A stretch of DNA of 64,000 nucleotides from positions 226 to 64,225 of the forward strand of contig JBBDIP010000059.1 in the NCBI GenBank assembly GCA_040880305.1, read 5' to 3'. Source of the DNA: Bacillota bacterium. GTDB taxonomy: Bacteria; Bacillota; Sulfobacillia; Fermentithermobacillales; Fermentithermobacillaceae. Position 1 is the first letter of the stretch; each line of letters begins with the position of its first letter. Below, piece by piece: positions 18,507 through 26,802 of the stretch. The notes below the pieces were generated by a model, which was given only the letters and a program-made list of their open reading frames with translations, was not told the origin of the DNA and made no database searches. The position numbers were made by a program, and so were the translations under genes.

Positions 18507-18662
18507 CTGGCCACCCTTTCCTTAGGCGATCCTGCCCAGTCGTCAGTCCGATATTCCGAACTTGCCCCAGAACGTCACGAAGTCCGCCTCGGCCTTTTTG
18601 AAGAGGGCCTCTTTCTGGTCGCACTGGTTGCCCGGCACAATCCGCTGATGTAAACTACGGCC

Positions 18663-19157
18663 ATGAGAAAATTATCTTTAGCCGGGCTTTTTGTTTCACT
18701 GGGTCTCGTCCTCCCGATAGGCTTCCATTCACTGGGGCTGGGGTCTTCTTTCCTGCCCATGCACATCCCCGTCCTGCTTGCCGGCATCTACCTGGGCTGG
18801 CGTTTTGGCGCGCTGGTGGGTGTTGTGACACCCCTCCTGTCCGCGGTCCTCACCGGCATGCCACCGCTGACGGTAGCCTTCATGATGGTGGTGGAGCTGC
18901 CTCTGTACGCGGTAACGGTTTCCCTCTTGTACAGGTGGAGTAAGAATGCTTTAGTGTCAGTCGCCGGAGCAGCCTTGGTCGGACGCCTGGCATATGGGCT
19001 CACTGCGTACCTTCTTTTTCCCATCCTTGGCCTGCCGCCGGTCCGGCCGCTGTACCCCGTGACTGCGGGCCTCATATCGGCTATCCCCGGAGTCGTGGCT
19101 CAACTGGCCGTGGTGCCTCTTTTGGTGGGGAGGTTCAAGCCGGAGAGGAATGTCTGA
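18663..19157 (+). CDS. ECF-type transporter S (substrate-capture) component, substrate unknown
   Basis: 164 aa, about 5 TM helices. ..SFLPMHIPVLLAGIYLGWRFGALVG.. is typical of ECF S components. No RBS is evident. Confidence 0.6.
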   Translation: MRKLSLAGLFVSLGLVLPIGFHSLGLGSSFLPMHIPVLLAGIYLGWRFGALVGVVTPLLSAVLTGMPPLTVAFMMVVELPLYAVTVSLLYRWSKNALVSVAGAALVGRLAYGLTAYLLFPILGLPPVRPLYPVTAGLISAIPGVVAQLAVVPLLVGRFKPERNV

Positions 19158-19189
19158 CCGCGGAACAACCCAGTGCTACGCGGGTCGGT

Positions 19190-21085
19190 TCAGCGGGGCA
19201 TTTTTTCCGCGGCATCGTCCAACCCAAGCCTGCGCAGCGTTTCGATTGTGGGAATGCCTGTTGCCAGGTCCCAGCCCCTGGCCAGGTAGTACTGGTCCAG
19301 CATGTCGTCCAGCTCGACTACGCTCCCGGCCGAAGGACCGCTATCTGCGGGGAGCGGCTCCTCAAGGAAACGTTTGGGCAGCGTGTCATCCTTTCGGCGT
19401 ATCCCCCGGAGGACAATGAAGGCTCTCTCGAGGTTGACGGTCCGCTCGCAGGCCTGCTCGACAACGGATTCATCGAAACCCAGCCCGGTTGCGGCCCGAA
19501 GGAGACTGGCCGCTCTGCCAAAGGGCAGGATTTCCATGTTCACGATGGTGTTCTTGCAGGCGTCCAGGCTGTCGGAAAGGGCGCACAACTCCTCGAAGTG
19601 TTTGACCAATCGACCCTTTCCCTCGTAGGATAGCCGCAGCGCGGCACCTTCTGCTCCATACCTGCGCAAACCTTCCTTGCGGTCCCCCGTGAACTCGAAG
19701 GACGGCTCGGACCTTAGATGGTCGCCTCCTCGCGAGGCCACGGCCAGCCCAAGGGCGTATCCCTTGAGGCCGCGGGGGTCGGCTTGGAAGAATTCCAGGC
19801 CCTTTACGTGCATCGCCAGATCCTCTGAGCCCTTGCCGATCCTCTGCGCCGCTTTCTTCACGCCTAGGGCGAACACGTCTCCAACGCCCTCCCGGTGTGC
19901 GATCTTGCGTATCATCTCGAGGATGCCGGTGGGCGAACCCCACCTCATGTCTAGCCCGTCCAGGTCAGACGCGGTAAGGATGCCCTTCTCGAAGCACTCC
20001 ATGGCGAAGGAGACGCACTCCGAGACGCCGATGACGTCCATCCCGTACCTGTTGCAGAGGTCGACGGCGTGGAGGCCCAGCTCAAGGTTGGCGTTCCCCA
20101 CCCGGGAGGTGAACCCGGCAAGGCCCTCGAACTCGGGACCCTCGCTCCCCAGGCCCTTGTGGTCGCCGGTCTGGATGCGGAAGTACCTGCTGCAGGGGAT
20201 AGGGCAGCTCTGACACGCCTTGGACTTCACCTTGTGCTTCCTGGCCAATGTCTCGCCGGATACATCCGCGGCGGATTCGAACCTTCCGGTCTTGTAGTGC
20301 CGTGTCGCCAGCGCGCCATAGGCATTAAGGGCTCCGACCAGGCGGGTCGTCCCCAACCAACCCCGGGGTTGGTAGTCGTTGTGGTTGTAGATGTCGCGCT
20401 CCAATTCGCCGATCAGGTGCGAAAAAGCCCCAGGATCTCTTACCGCCACCGGCGCCGTGCCCCGCACCGCGACGGCCTTCAGGTTCTTGGACGCCATTAG
20501 GGCGCCCATTCCTGTCCGCGCAGCGGCACGCACCAAGTTGACGAAGATGCCTGCCATGGTGACGCCCATCTCTGCCGCCGGTCCGGCCACCGCAATCTGT
20601 ACGCGGTTGTCTCGGATCTCTTCTCGCACCATCCGGTCGGTCTCAGGGATGTCCTTTCCCCACAGGTGGGACGCGGGACAGATCTCCGCCGCGCCGTCCT
20701 TGATGAACAGGTACACCGGGGACGAGGACTTCCCGGTGACTATGACCTGGTCGAAGCCCGCGTACTTGAGCTCGGGACCGAAGAAGCCTCCCGCGTTGGA
20801 GTCTCCCAGAATCCCTGTGTGGGGGGAGAGGCCTGATACGTTGAACCGTGAGGCGCCGGGGAAGAGGGTCCCGTCCAGCGGGCCCACGCCGAATATCAAA
20901 GGGTTGTCAGGAGAATCGGGAGACATAGACGGCGGGACCATTTCCCACAGCCTGCGCATGTTGAAACCGCGCCCGCCGATGTACTCCAGGGCAAGTCGCT
21001 CCTCCAGAGGCTCGACCCGGCAAATCCCGGAACCAAGGTCGACGCGGAGCACCTTGCCCGCGTAGCCAAAACCTCCAATGGTCAT
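19190..21085 (-). CDS. aor: tungsten-type aldehyde:ferredoxin oxidoreductase
   Basis: 631 aa from ATG 21085 (RBS GGGAGG): MTIGGFGYAGKVLRVDL..EYIGGRGF.. and the Cys cluster KACQSCPIPCSR. The track start at 21415 is an Arg-rich extension overlapping the upstream gene. Confidence 0.9.
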   Translation of the reverse strand: MTIGGFGYAGKVLRVDLGSGICRVEPLEERLALEYIGGRGFNMRRLWEMVPPSMSPDSPDNPLIFGVGPLDGTLFPGASRFNVSGLSPHTGILGDSNAGGFFGPELKYAGFDQVIVTGKSSSPVYLFIKDGAAEICPASHLWGKDIPETDRMVREEIRDNRVQIAVAGPAAEMGVTMAGIFVNLVRAAARTGMGALMASKNLKAVAVRGTAPVAVRDPGAFSHLIGELERDIYNHNDYQPRGWLGTTRLVGALNAYGALATRHYKTGRFESAADVSGETLARKHKVKSKACQSCPIPCSRYFRIQTGDHKGLGSEGPEFEGLAGFTSRVGNANLELGLHAVDLCNRYGMDVIGVSECVSFAMECFEKGILTASDLDGLDMRWGSPTGILEMIRKIAHREGVGDVFALGVKKAAQRIGKGSEDLAMHVKGLEFFQADPRGLKGYALGLAVASRGGDHLRSEPSFEFTGDRKEGLRRYGAEGAALRLSYEGKGRLVKHFEELCALSDSLDACKNTIVNMEILPFGRAASLLRAATGLGFDESVVEQACERTVNLERAFIVLRGIRRKDDTLPKRFLEEPLPADSGPSAGSVVELDDMLDQYYLARGWDLATGIPTIETLRRLGLDDAAEKMPR

Positions 21086-21870
21086 TCCCTGTCGCCTCCC
21101 TCGGTCCCGCGGATCGGCCGCTCTTTGCCGGGCTGCGAGAACTTGGGCGTGGCGGGGGAGTCCCCTGCTCGTCCAAAGGTTAACGCGGCGGTGGGACAGA
21201 CGTCGACGCACGCGGGATGTCCGTCGCAAAGGTCGCACAGCAGGGGGAACCCGTCCACACCTCGGTGTATAGCGCCGAATGAGCAGGCCTTGGCGCAGGC
21301 GTAGCACTTTCGGCATTTGTCTTTGTCCAGGAGCACCGCTTTGGTCGCGGGATCCCGCGACAGGGCGCCCTCCGGACACGCCTGTACACATTTGGCCGTC
21401 CCGCACTGCCGGCATACGGCCGGCGAGTCAACCCCGTTTGCCTCGTCCTTGTTGACCCTCACCCTGGACGCCTCGGGCCAGTACTTACCCTCGTGCTTGA
21501 AACTGCACGCCAATTCGCAGCGACGGCAACCTGAGCATTTATCGGCGTCCACCAACAGCCTGGGAGGGATACCCTCATCCGGCTCAGCCGGTGCTTCGTC
21601 GGCGCCGATCGCTTCCACCCTGTATATGACCATCCCGTTTGGGTCGGGGCAGCAGAGCCGGGAAGTAGTGGGGATCCAGTCGTTGACCTCGGCGGTCTTC
21701 CTCTGCTTGACCGTCAAGAAAGGCATCATGGAGGAAAGCGCCCATATGCACACGTGCTTGCCAGGCGGGATGATGAGCCTTCCGCCGTCGATTTCGAAGG
21801 TATCTCCGACCTTCATGGGAAGGTCGCAGAACCCTTTGACCTCTTCTACTGTGATTATCAACCGGTACAT
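21082..21870 (-). CDS. fusion protein: TIGR04076-like N-terminal domain + 2x[4Fe-4S] ferredoxin domain
   Basis: 262 aa. N-terminus MYRLIITVEEVKGFCDLPMKVGDTFEIDG..CIWALSSMMPF..CCPDPNGMVIYRVEAI. C-terminus has CSGCRRCELAC, CRQCGTAKCVQACP, CRKCYACAKAC, CDLCDGHPACVDVCP. Stop overlaps the aor start (ATGA). Confidence 0.8.
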   Translation of the reverse strand: MYRLIITVEEVKGFCDLPMKVGDTFEIDGGRLIIPPGKHVCIWALSSMMPFLTVKQRKTAEVNDWIPTTSRLCCPDPNGMVIYRVEAIGADEAPAEPDEGIPPRLLVDADKCSGCRRCELACSFKHEGKYWPEASRVRVNKDEANGVDSPAVCRQCGTAKCVQACPEGALSRDPATKAVLLDKDKCRKCYACAKACSFGAIHRGVDGFPLLCDLCDGHPACVDVCPTAALTFGRAGDSPATPKFSQPGKERPIRGTEGGDRE

Positions 21871-22050
21871 TGGACGCCTCCTCGTTGGCTATTTATCAAA
21901 AGTTCTGGTAGGCGGGCCGAAGTTCCTTCAGGTTTATGCTAAAGCGCACTGGCAGGGATGCCGATATGTTCTGGGAAGCTTCAAACGTCCTATCTACCAC
22001 GCAGAGAATGAGGCCTGATCCACGGCGCCAGTGTTTTTGGGGGGCTTCAA

Positions 22051-23850
22051 ATGAACAGCGGAGAAGAGATCAACCACGGCAAAGCGTGGGTTGAGGGCGG
22101 GCGGGTACGAGTGCAGAACCCAGGGCCGGGCGGTAAACCGGCCGTAATCCTGCCGTGCCCCAACGTCGAAATCCTCGTCTCCGGCCGCAAAGTCACTCGA
22201 GACGAGCCGCTTGTCGATACCACTCCGATCCAGATCCATTTCCCTGACGAGCAGCCTACCGTCTCATGCCAGGTCCAGATAGCCCAGGGTGGACTGGAGT
22301 GTCAGATCACGCTTCTCATGAGAGACGGGCTTAAGTACGCGCTGAAGGACACGCCTCCTGCCGAGTCGCTGCTAATCCAGTTCTCGACTTCTCCGATCGC
22401 GGTTACCCCCAACGTCCAGAGTATGCTGGAGGCCCTGAAGGAAAAGGGTGTCGTCTACGGACTCGACATGGAGGCGTGCAAAGAAGCCTGCGCTCATCCC
22501 ACCCCCAACGCCTTCGTGGCGGCCAGGGGCGACCCGTTCACACCGGGAAAGGACGGAGAGATCCAGTTCCTGGTGCCGATGGAGCGGATCGTGGACCTTC
22601 CGCTCGACGTGCTTCAGATAGACTTTCGAGAAACAGTCAAGATGCCCGACGTCAAGGCGGGACAGGTTATCGCGGTCAAGAGAGATCCGGTCCAGGGGAC
22701 GCCTGGAAAATCGGTCTCGGGCGCCGTAATCCCGGCTCCCAGGTGCAAGGACCCGCATTTTCGCGCCGGCAAGAACGTGGAGATAACCGCGGAGCGGGAA
22801 GGCTATCAGTCGGCCGTCGCCCGCGCCTCGGGGTGCCCGCTGTTTGCCGAGGAATCCGGCGTCATCAGCGTGGAACCCGTGCTGACCCACAAAGGGGACG
22901 TCGACCTTAGTTCCGGCAACATGCGCTCCAGCGGCGGGCTCAACATTCTTGGCCAGGTTAGCGAAGGCATGAAGGTGGAATGCGAGGGCAACCAGGAGAT
23001 AGCCGGGACGGTCACCGGCGCCACCCTCAAGGCCTGGGGTAGCATCAAGGTGAGGGGCAATGTGTTCAAGTCCACTATCAGCGCCGGAAAGGACTCCACC
23101 TGGGTCAGGACAATGGACGCGCTGTTTAAGGAGATCGACGAAACCTCGGATGCGGTGCTCGCTTTTGAGGCCCAGATAAAGGATCTCATACAGCGCAAAG
23201 AGGCCGGTGAACTGACCGAAGGCGACGCGCAGGTCCTCGACGAGGGTGCCCATCTGGAGCGCTTCAAGCGAATGGTGGTGGTGCTGGCCGCGCTCTACAA
23301 AGAGAACCTCATGCTTTTCCCCAAGGAGGTAGCCGAGAAGGTCCGGGCGACCCGCGACTTGCTCTCTGGGTTCGGCACAGGCGTCTTCGAGAAGACCCAC
23401 TCTATAGTCGCAGGGCTCAGCGACGCCAGGACATGGATTGTCCAGGAGCTCCTGAAGGGCAAGTCCGACGTCGTGGTGCCGTACGTGCAGAGCGCCACGA
23501 TAGAAGCCTCCAGGGACATCATCGTCACCGGGCAGGGCGCTTTCTATTGCACCCTCGTCGCGGGAAGGGCCATTAAGGTGGTAGGATCGCCCGGGTTGAT
23601 GAGGGGCGGCGAAGCGCATGCGCGGGAATTGGTGCAGGTCACCTCGGCCGGAGGGCTGGGGGCCGCGCCCACGGTGCTGGCTGTCTCCAGCGAAGGAAAG
23701 ATCCAGGCCCAGACCGTATTCCCCAATACAGTCATCACGGTCGGACGCCTCTCGTTCCGGACCGAGAACACCCTTGAGGCAGTCAAGGCCGCGATGCAGA
23801 ACAACCATCTCCTGGTCGTAACGGCTACCGGCTCCATCGAAGTCCAGTAG
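22051..23850 (+). CDS. FapA-family (DUF342) protein
   Basis: 599 aa. ..GDPFTPGKDGEIQF.., VQGTPGKSVSGAVIPA, then repetitive beta-helix-like G-x-V/I segments and a coiled-coil middle, as in DUF342 proteins. Confidence 0.75.
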   Translation: MNSGEEINHGKAWVEGGRVRVQNPGPGGKPAVILPCPNVEILVSGRKVTRDEPLVDTTPIQIHFPDEQPTVSCQVQIAQGGLECQITLLMRDGLKYALKDTPPAESLLIQFSTSPIAVTPNVQSMLEALKEKGVVYGLDMEACKEACAHPTPNAFVAARGDPFTPGKDGEIQFLVPMERIVDLPLDVLQIDFRETVKMPDVKAGQVIAVKRDPVQGTPGKSVSGAVIPAPRCKDPHFRAGKNVEITAEREGYQSAVARASGCPLFAEESGVISVEPVLTHKGDVDLSSGNMRSSGGLNILGQVSEGMKVECEGNQEIAGTVTGATLKAWGSIKVRGNVFKSTISAGKDSTWVRTMDALFKEIDETSDAVLAFEAQIKDLIQRKEAGELTEGDAQVLDEGAHLERFKRMVVVLAALYKENLMLFPKEVAEKVRATRDLLSGFGTGVFEKTHSIVAGLSDARTWIVQELLKGKSDVVVPYVQSATIEASRDIIVTGQGAFYCTLVAGRAIKVVGSPGLMRGGEAHARELVQVTSAGGLGAAPTVLAVSSEGKIQAQTVFPNTVITVGRLSFRTENTLEAVKAAMQNNHLLVVTATGSIEVQ

Positions 23851-23941
23851 GCCCCTACAGCGACGCTCACGAGGCAGGAGATCCCCTCCACTGGCAGGAA
23901 ATAGCCCGTTGCCACATTTGCTAGAGACGGAGGTACATACT

Positions 23942-24748
23942 TTGAGAGTGTTCATTTCCGTGGACATGGAAGGCGTTTCCGGCGTGGTTGCCTGGCCGCA
24001 GACTGAGCGCGGCCAGGACGACTATGAACGCATGAGGAGGCTCATGACGCAGGAGGCCAACGCCGCGGTCGAAGGGGCTCTTGAAGCAGGAGCCACAGAC
24101 GTGCTGGTCAACGATTCCCACGGCGGGATGCGAAACCTTATCCTGGAGGACCTGCATCCCGACGCCCGGCTCATAACCGGCGATCGAAAACCCATGTCGA
24201 TGATGGAGGGCGTCGGCCCAGGCTTTGACGCGGTATTCCTAATCGGCTACCATTCCCAGGCTTCCTCGACCGGAGTCCTAAACCACACCTACACGACTCG
24301 CGTGGTCCATTACGCTGTCAACGGCAAGGTGATGGGGGAGACAGGGATGAACGCCCTCATCGCCGGGTTCCACGACGTCCCCGTGGTGTTGGTGAGCGGC
24401 GACTCGATCGTGACGGCCGAGGCCAAAGACCTGCTTGGCAACGTGGAAGGCGTGACGGTGAAGGAGCCCAGGAGCCAGTTCTCGGCTGCCTGCCTGCATC
24501 CCGTCAAGGCCCGGGCGCTCATCAAGGAGGCGGCAGTCAGGGCGCTCTCGGATCTGAGCAAGTACCGGCCGTTAAGACCGCCGACCCCCTCGACCGTGAG
24601 ACTGGTGTTCAACGCCTCGGGTCACGCTGACCTGGCATCCATAATGCCCGGAGCGGTCCGGGTGGACCCCCTCACCGTCGAGTTTACGGCGCCCGACTAC
24701 CTGACTGCCTACCGCGGCGCCAGGACCATGATGCACCTAACTTTCTAA
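23942..24748 (+). CDS. dppA: M55-family D-aminopeptidase
   Basis: 268 aa from TTG 23942 (RBS GGAGG 23929-23933): LRVFISVDMEGVSGV.., VNDSHGGMRN, IGYHS. Confidence 0.85.
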   Translation: MRVFISVDMEGVSGVVAWPQTERGQDDYERMRRLMTQEANAAVEGALEAGATDVLVNDSHGGMRNLILEDLHPDARLITGDRKPMSMMEGVGPGFDAVFLIGYHSQASSTGVLNHTYTTRVVHYAVNGKVMGETGMNALIAGFHDVPVVLVSGDSIVTAEAKDLLGNVEGVTVKEPRSQFSAACLHPVKARALIKEAAVRALSDLSKYRPLRPPTPSTVRLVFNASGHADLASIMPGAVRVDPLTVEFTAPDYLTAYRGARTMMHLTF

Positions 24749-25587
24749 GCAAAAGCGCCGCTGTCGCTCTGCTTTTGCCTAACACGCAACGACAAGTCCC
24801 CGGCGGAGAAGGCGCGCGTCTCTCCTCCGGGGATTTCCACAAGGGCCCGGCCATCGCGGTCGATTCCCCTGAAGATCCCCTGCTTTTCAAGTTGATCCGC
24901 CGCAGTTGTGTTGCGCACGACCACAATCTCGCCCAGGAATGCGCAATGCTCGTGGATCCACTGCGCGAGATGCGAGAGGCCATTTTGGAGGAAGTCCAGA
25001 TAAGATGCCTCGAGGCGGTTCAAGATGCCGGCGATGAGGTTGCTGCTATTCACGTCGCGCCCGGCGAGGGATTTCAGCGATGCCGCAGTCTCCGGCAAGT
25101 CGCAGGCGTCCACATTTGCGTTCACCCCTATCCCGACCACTACCTCCGCCAAAGGGCCAGATCCGGAGCGCATCTCGCAGAGGATTCCGCACACCTTCCG
25201 GTTGTCTACCAGGACGTCGTTGGGCCATTTGAGGCGCGCGTCGAGTCCCACGGCGCTCCTGATCTCGGCGGCCACGCAGTGCCCGGCCACCAGCGACAGC
25301 GCCGGGATCCTTTCGGGGGATATGGCGGGGCGGAGCACTGCTGACATGAAGATCCCGCCTGGCGGGGAGGACCACTGCCGGCCGATCCTGCCCTTTCCCC
25401 CGGACTGGGTCCCGGCTAGGAAGACCGTCCCTTCAGGGTAATCGGATCCCAGGCTCTTGGCGTCCTCGTTGGTGGAGACCGTCGAGGGGGCATAAAGGAT
25501 GGTCCGCCCAAGGAAGGAGGTCTCAAGGCCCGCTCTTATCGCGCGAGCCACAAGAGTGTCCGCGGTGTATCCGTCAGGGCAACGCAA
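24745..25587 (-). CDS. birA: biotin--[acetyl-CoA-carboxylase] ligase (group I, no HTH)
   Basis: 280 aa. ..STNEDA.., GTQSGGKGRIGRQWSSPPGG, KWPNDV. Confidence 0.85.
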   Translation of the reverse strand: MRCPDGYTADTLVARAIRAGLETSFLGRTILYAPSTVSTNEDAKSLGSDYPEGTVFLAGTQSGGKGRIGRQWSSPPGGIFMSAVLRPAISPERIPALSLVAGHCVAAEIRSAVGLDARLKWPNDVLVDNRKVCGILCEMRSGSGPLAEVVVGIGVNANVDACDLPETAASLKSLAGRDVNSSNLIAGILNRLEASYLDFLQNGLSHLAQWIHEHCAFLGEIVVVRNTTAADQLEKQGIFRGIDRDGRALVEIPGGETRAFSAGDLSLRVRQKQSDSGAFA

Positions 25588-26770
25588 TTTTGCCCATCAC
25601 CACTGCCTTTCTGGCTCCCGTGGCGGCCGGGGCGTTGTTGGGGTGGCCCGAAAGCAGCTCGTTTCCCAGGACTGCGAAAGCCAGCGCTTCTTTGGCTTGG
25701 TCCGGTATCCCCACGTCCTCGTGGCTCATCACCCGCGCCGGCGCCAGTTCCTGGCGTAGTCTGCGCATGAAGTAGGGGTTGCGTGCGCCGCCGCCGCCCA
25801 CGATGACCTCGTCCACAGGGCCTTTGGGGAAGATGAAGTCCCGGTACGCCTGAACAATGGACGCTACCGTGAGTTCCGACGCGGTGGCGATGAGGTCGCG
25901 TGGATCGAAGTTCGTGTCCGGGAGCAGTGTCCGCGCGTATTGGACCCCGAACTCCTCGCGACCGGTGGACTTGGGCGGCGGGAGACGAAAATACGGGTTA
26001 TCCAAGAGTCGCGTCAGCAACATGCGGTCAACCTTGCCTGCAAGGGCCATCCGGGCGTCCCGGTCCATGGTCTCCCGGCCGTGGGTAAGCAGCGAGGCCA
26101 GGGCGTCCACCACCATGTTCCCCGGGCCGGTGTCGAAGGCCACGATCTGGTCCAGTGAGCAGGAGGGCGGCAGGTAGGTGCAGTTGCCGATGCCTCCGAT
26201 GTTCTGGACCACGCGGCCGATGCCGGGGCGGGCCAGAAGGACGTAGTCCACGTAAGGGACCAGAGGCGCTCCTTGGCCGCCCTGAGCCATGTCGGCCGGG
26301 CGAAAGTCGCCGACGGTCAGGATTCCGGTGTTCTGTGCGATGACTGAGATATCGCCTACCTGCAGCGTCGCCCTCACGGGGAGGACGGGATGGTCGGGCC
26401 AGGGGAAGTGGACCAGCGTCTGCCCGTGGGATGAGATGGCGTCTACCTGGGACGGCGTTAAACCGGCCTCACGGATGCACTTGACGGCCGCTTCGGAGAA
26501 AACGTCGGCGATTAGGAAGTTAAGCCTGGCAACTTCCTCGGCATTCAGCTTGCGGAGGTCTCCAAGCAGCATTGACCGCACAGCCGGGGAATACTCGACG
26601 CTGGACATGTGGACTACCCGGGCCTGCAGGCCCACGCCGTGCCCTATCACCTCGCACAGCACGGCGTCGACGCCGTCGGCCGAGGTACCCGACATGAGGC
26701 CCACGATCAGCCTCTCGGACTTGTCTCTGACTCTATCCAAGATTCCGGTCACAATCACCTCTCCAGTCAT
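25574..26770 (-). CDS. anmK: anhydro-N-acetylmuramic acid kinase
   Basis: 398 aa. ..IVGLMSGTSADGVDAVL.. and NIGGIGN. The true start may be GTG 26752 (RBS GGAGAGG). Confidence 0.9.
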   Translation of the reverse strand: MTGEVIVTGILDRVRDKSERLIVGLMSGTSADGVDAVLCEVIGHGVGLQARVVHMSSVEYSPAVRSMLLGDLRKLNAEEVARLNFLIADVFSEAAVKCIREAGLTPSQVDAISSHGQTLVHFPWPDHPVLPVRATLQVGDISVIAQNTGILTVGDFRPADMAQGGQGAPLVPYVDYVLLARPGIGRVVQNIGGIGNCTYLPPSCSLDQIVAFDTGPGNMVVDALASLLTHGRETMDRDARMALAGKVDRMLLTRLLDNPYFRLPPPKSTGREEFGVQYARTLLPDTNFDPRDLIATASELTVASIVQAYRDFIFPKGPVDEVIVGGGGARNPYFMRRLRQELAPARVMSHEDVGIPDQAKEALAFAVLGNELLSGHPNNAPAATGARKAVVMGKIALP

Positions 26771-26802
26771 TCAAGCGCGACGGGAAGCAGCGCCTGTCGC
26801 GG

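Noticed and set aside
18507-18662. Riboswitch controlling the orphan ECF S-component
   Set aside because: I could recognise no match to the TPP, THF, preQ1, cobalamin or other aptamer cores. The region is more simply a divergent promoter.
21086-21415. N-terminal extension of the AOR ORF. Similar long track starts occur at 15904 (creatininase), 33622, 35596, 38712, 49358, 29901, 48675 and 61217.
   Set aside because: The extensions are Arg/Pro-rich, overlap the upstream gene, and lack an RBS. In each case an internal start with a GGAGG-type RBS gives the canonical family N-terminus.
22372-23967. 531-aa minus-strand ORF
   Set aside because: It is antisense to the FapA/DUF342 gene, has low-complexity Arg/Gly/Asp-rich sequence, and lacks an RBS.
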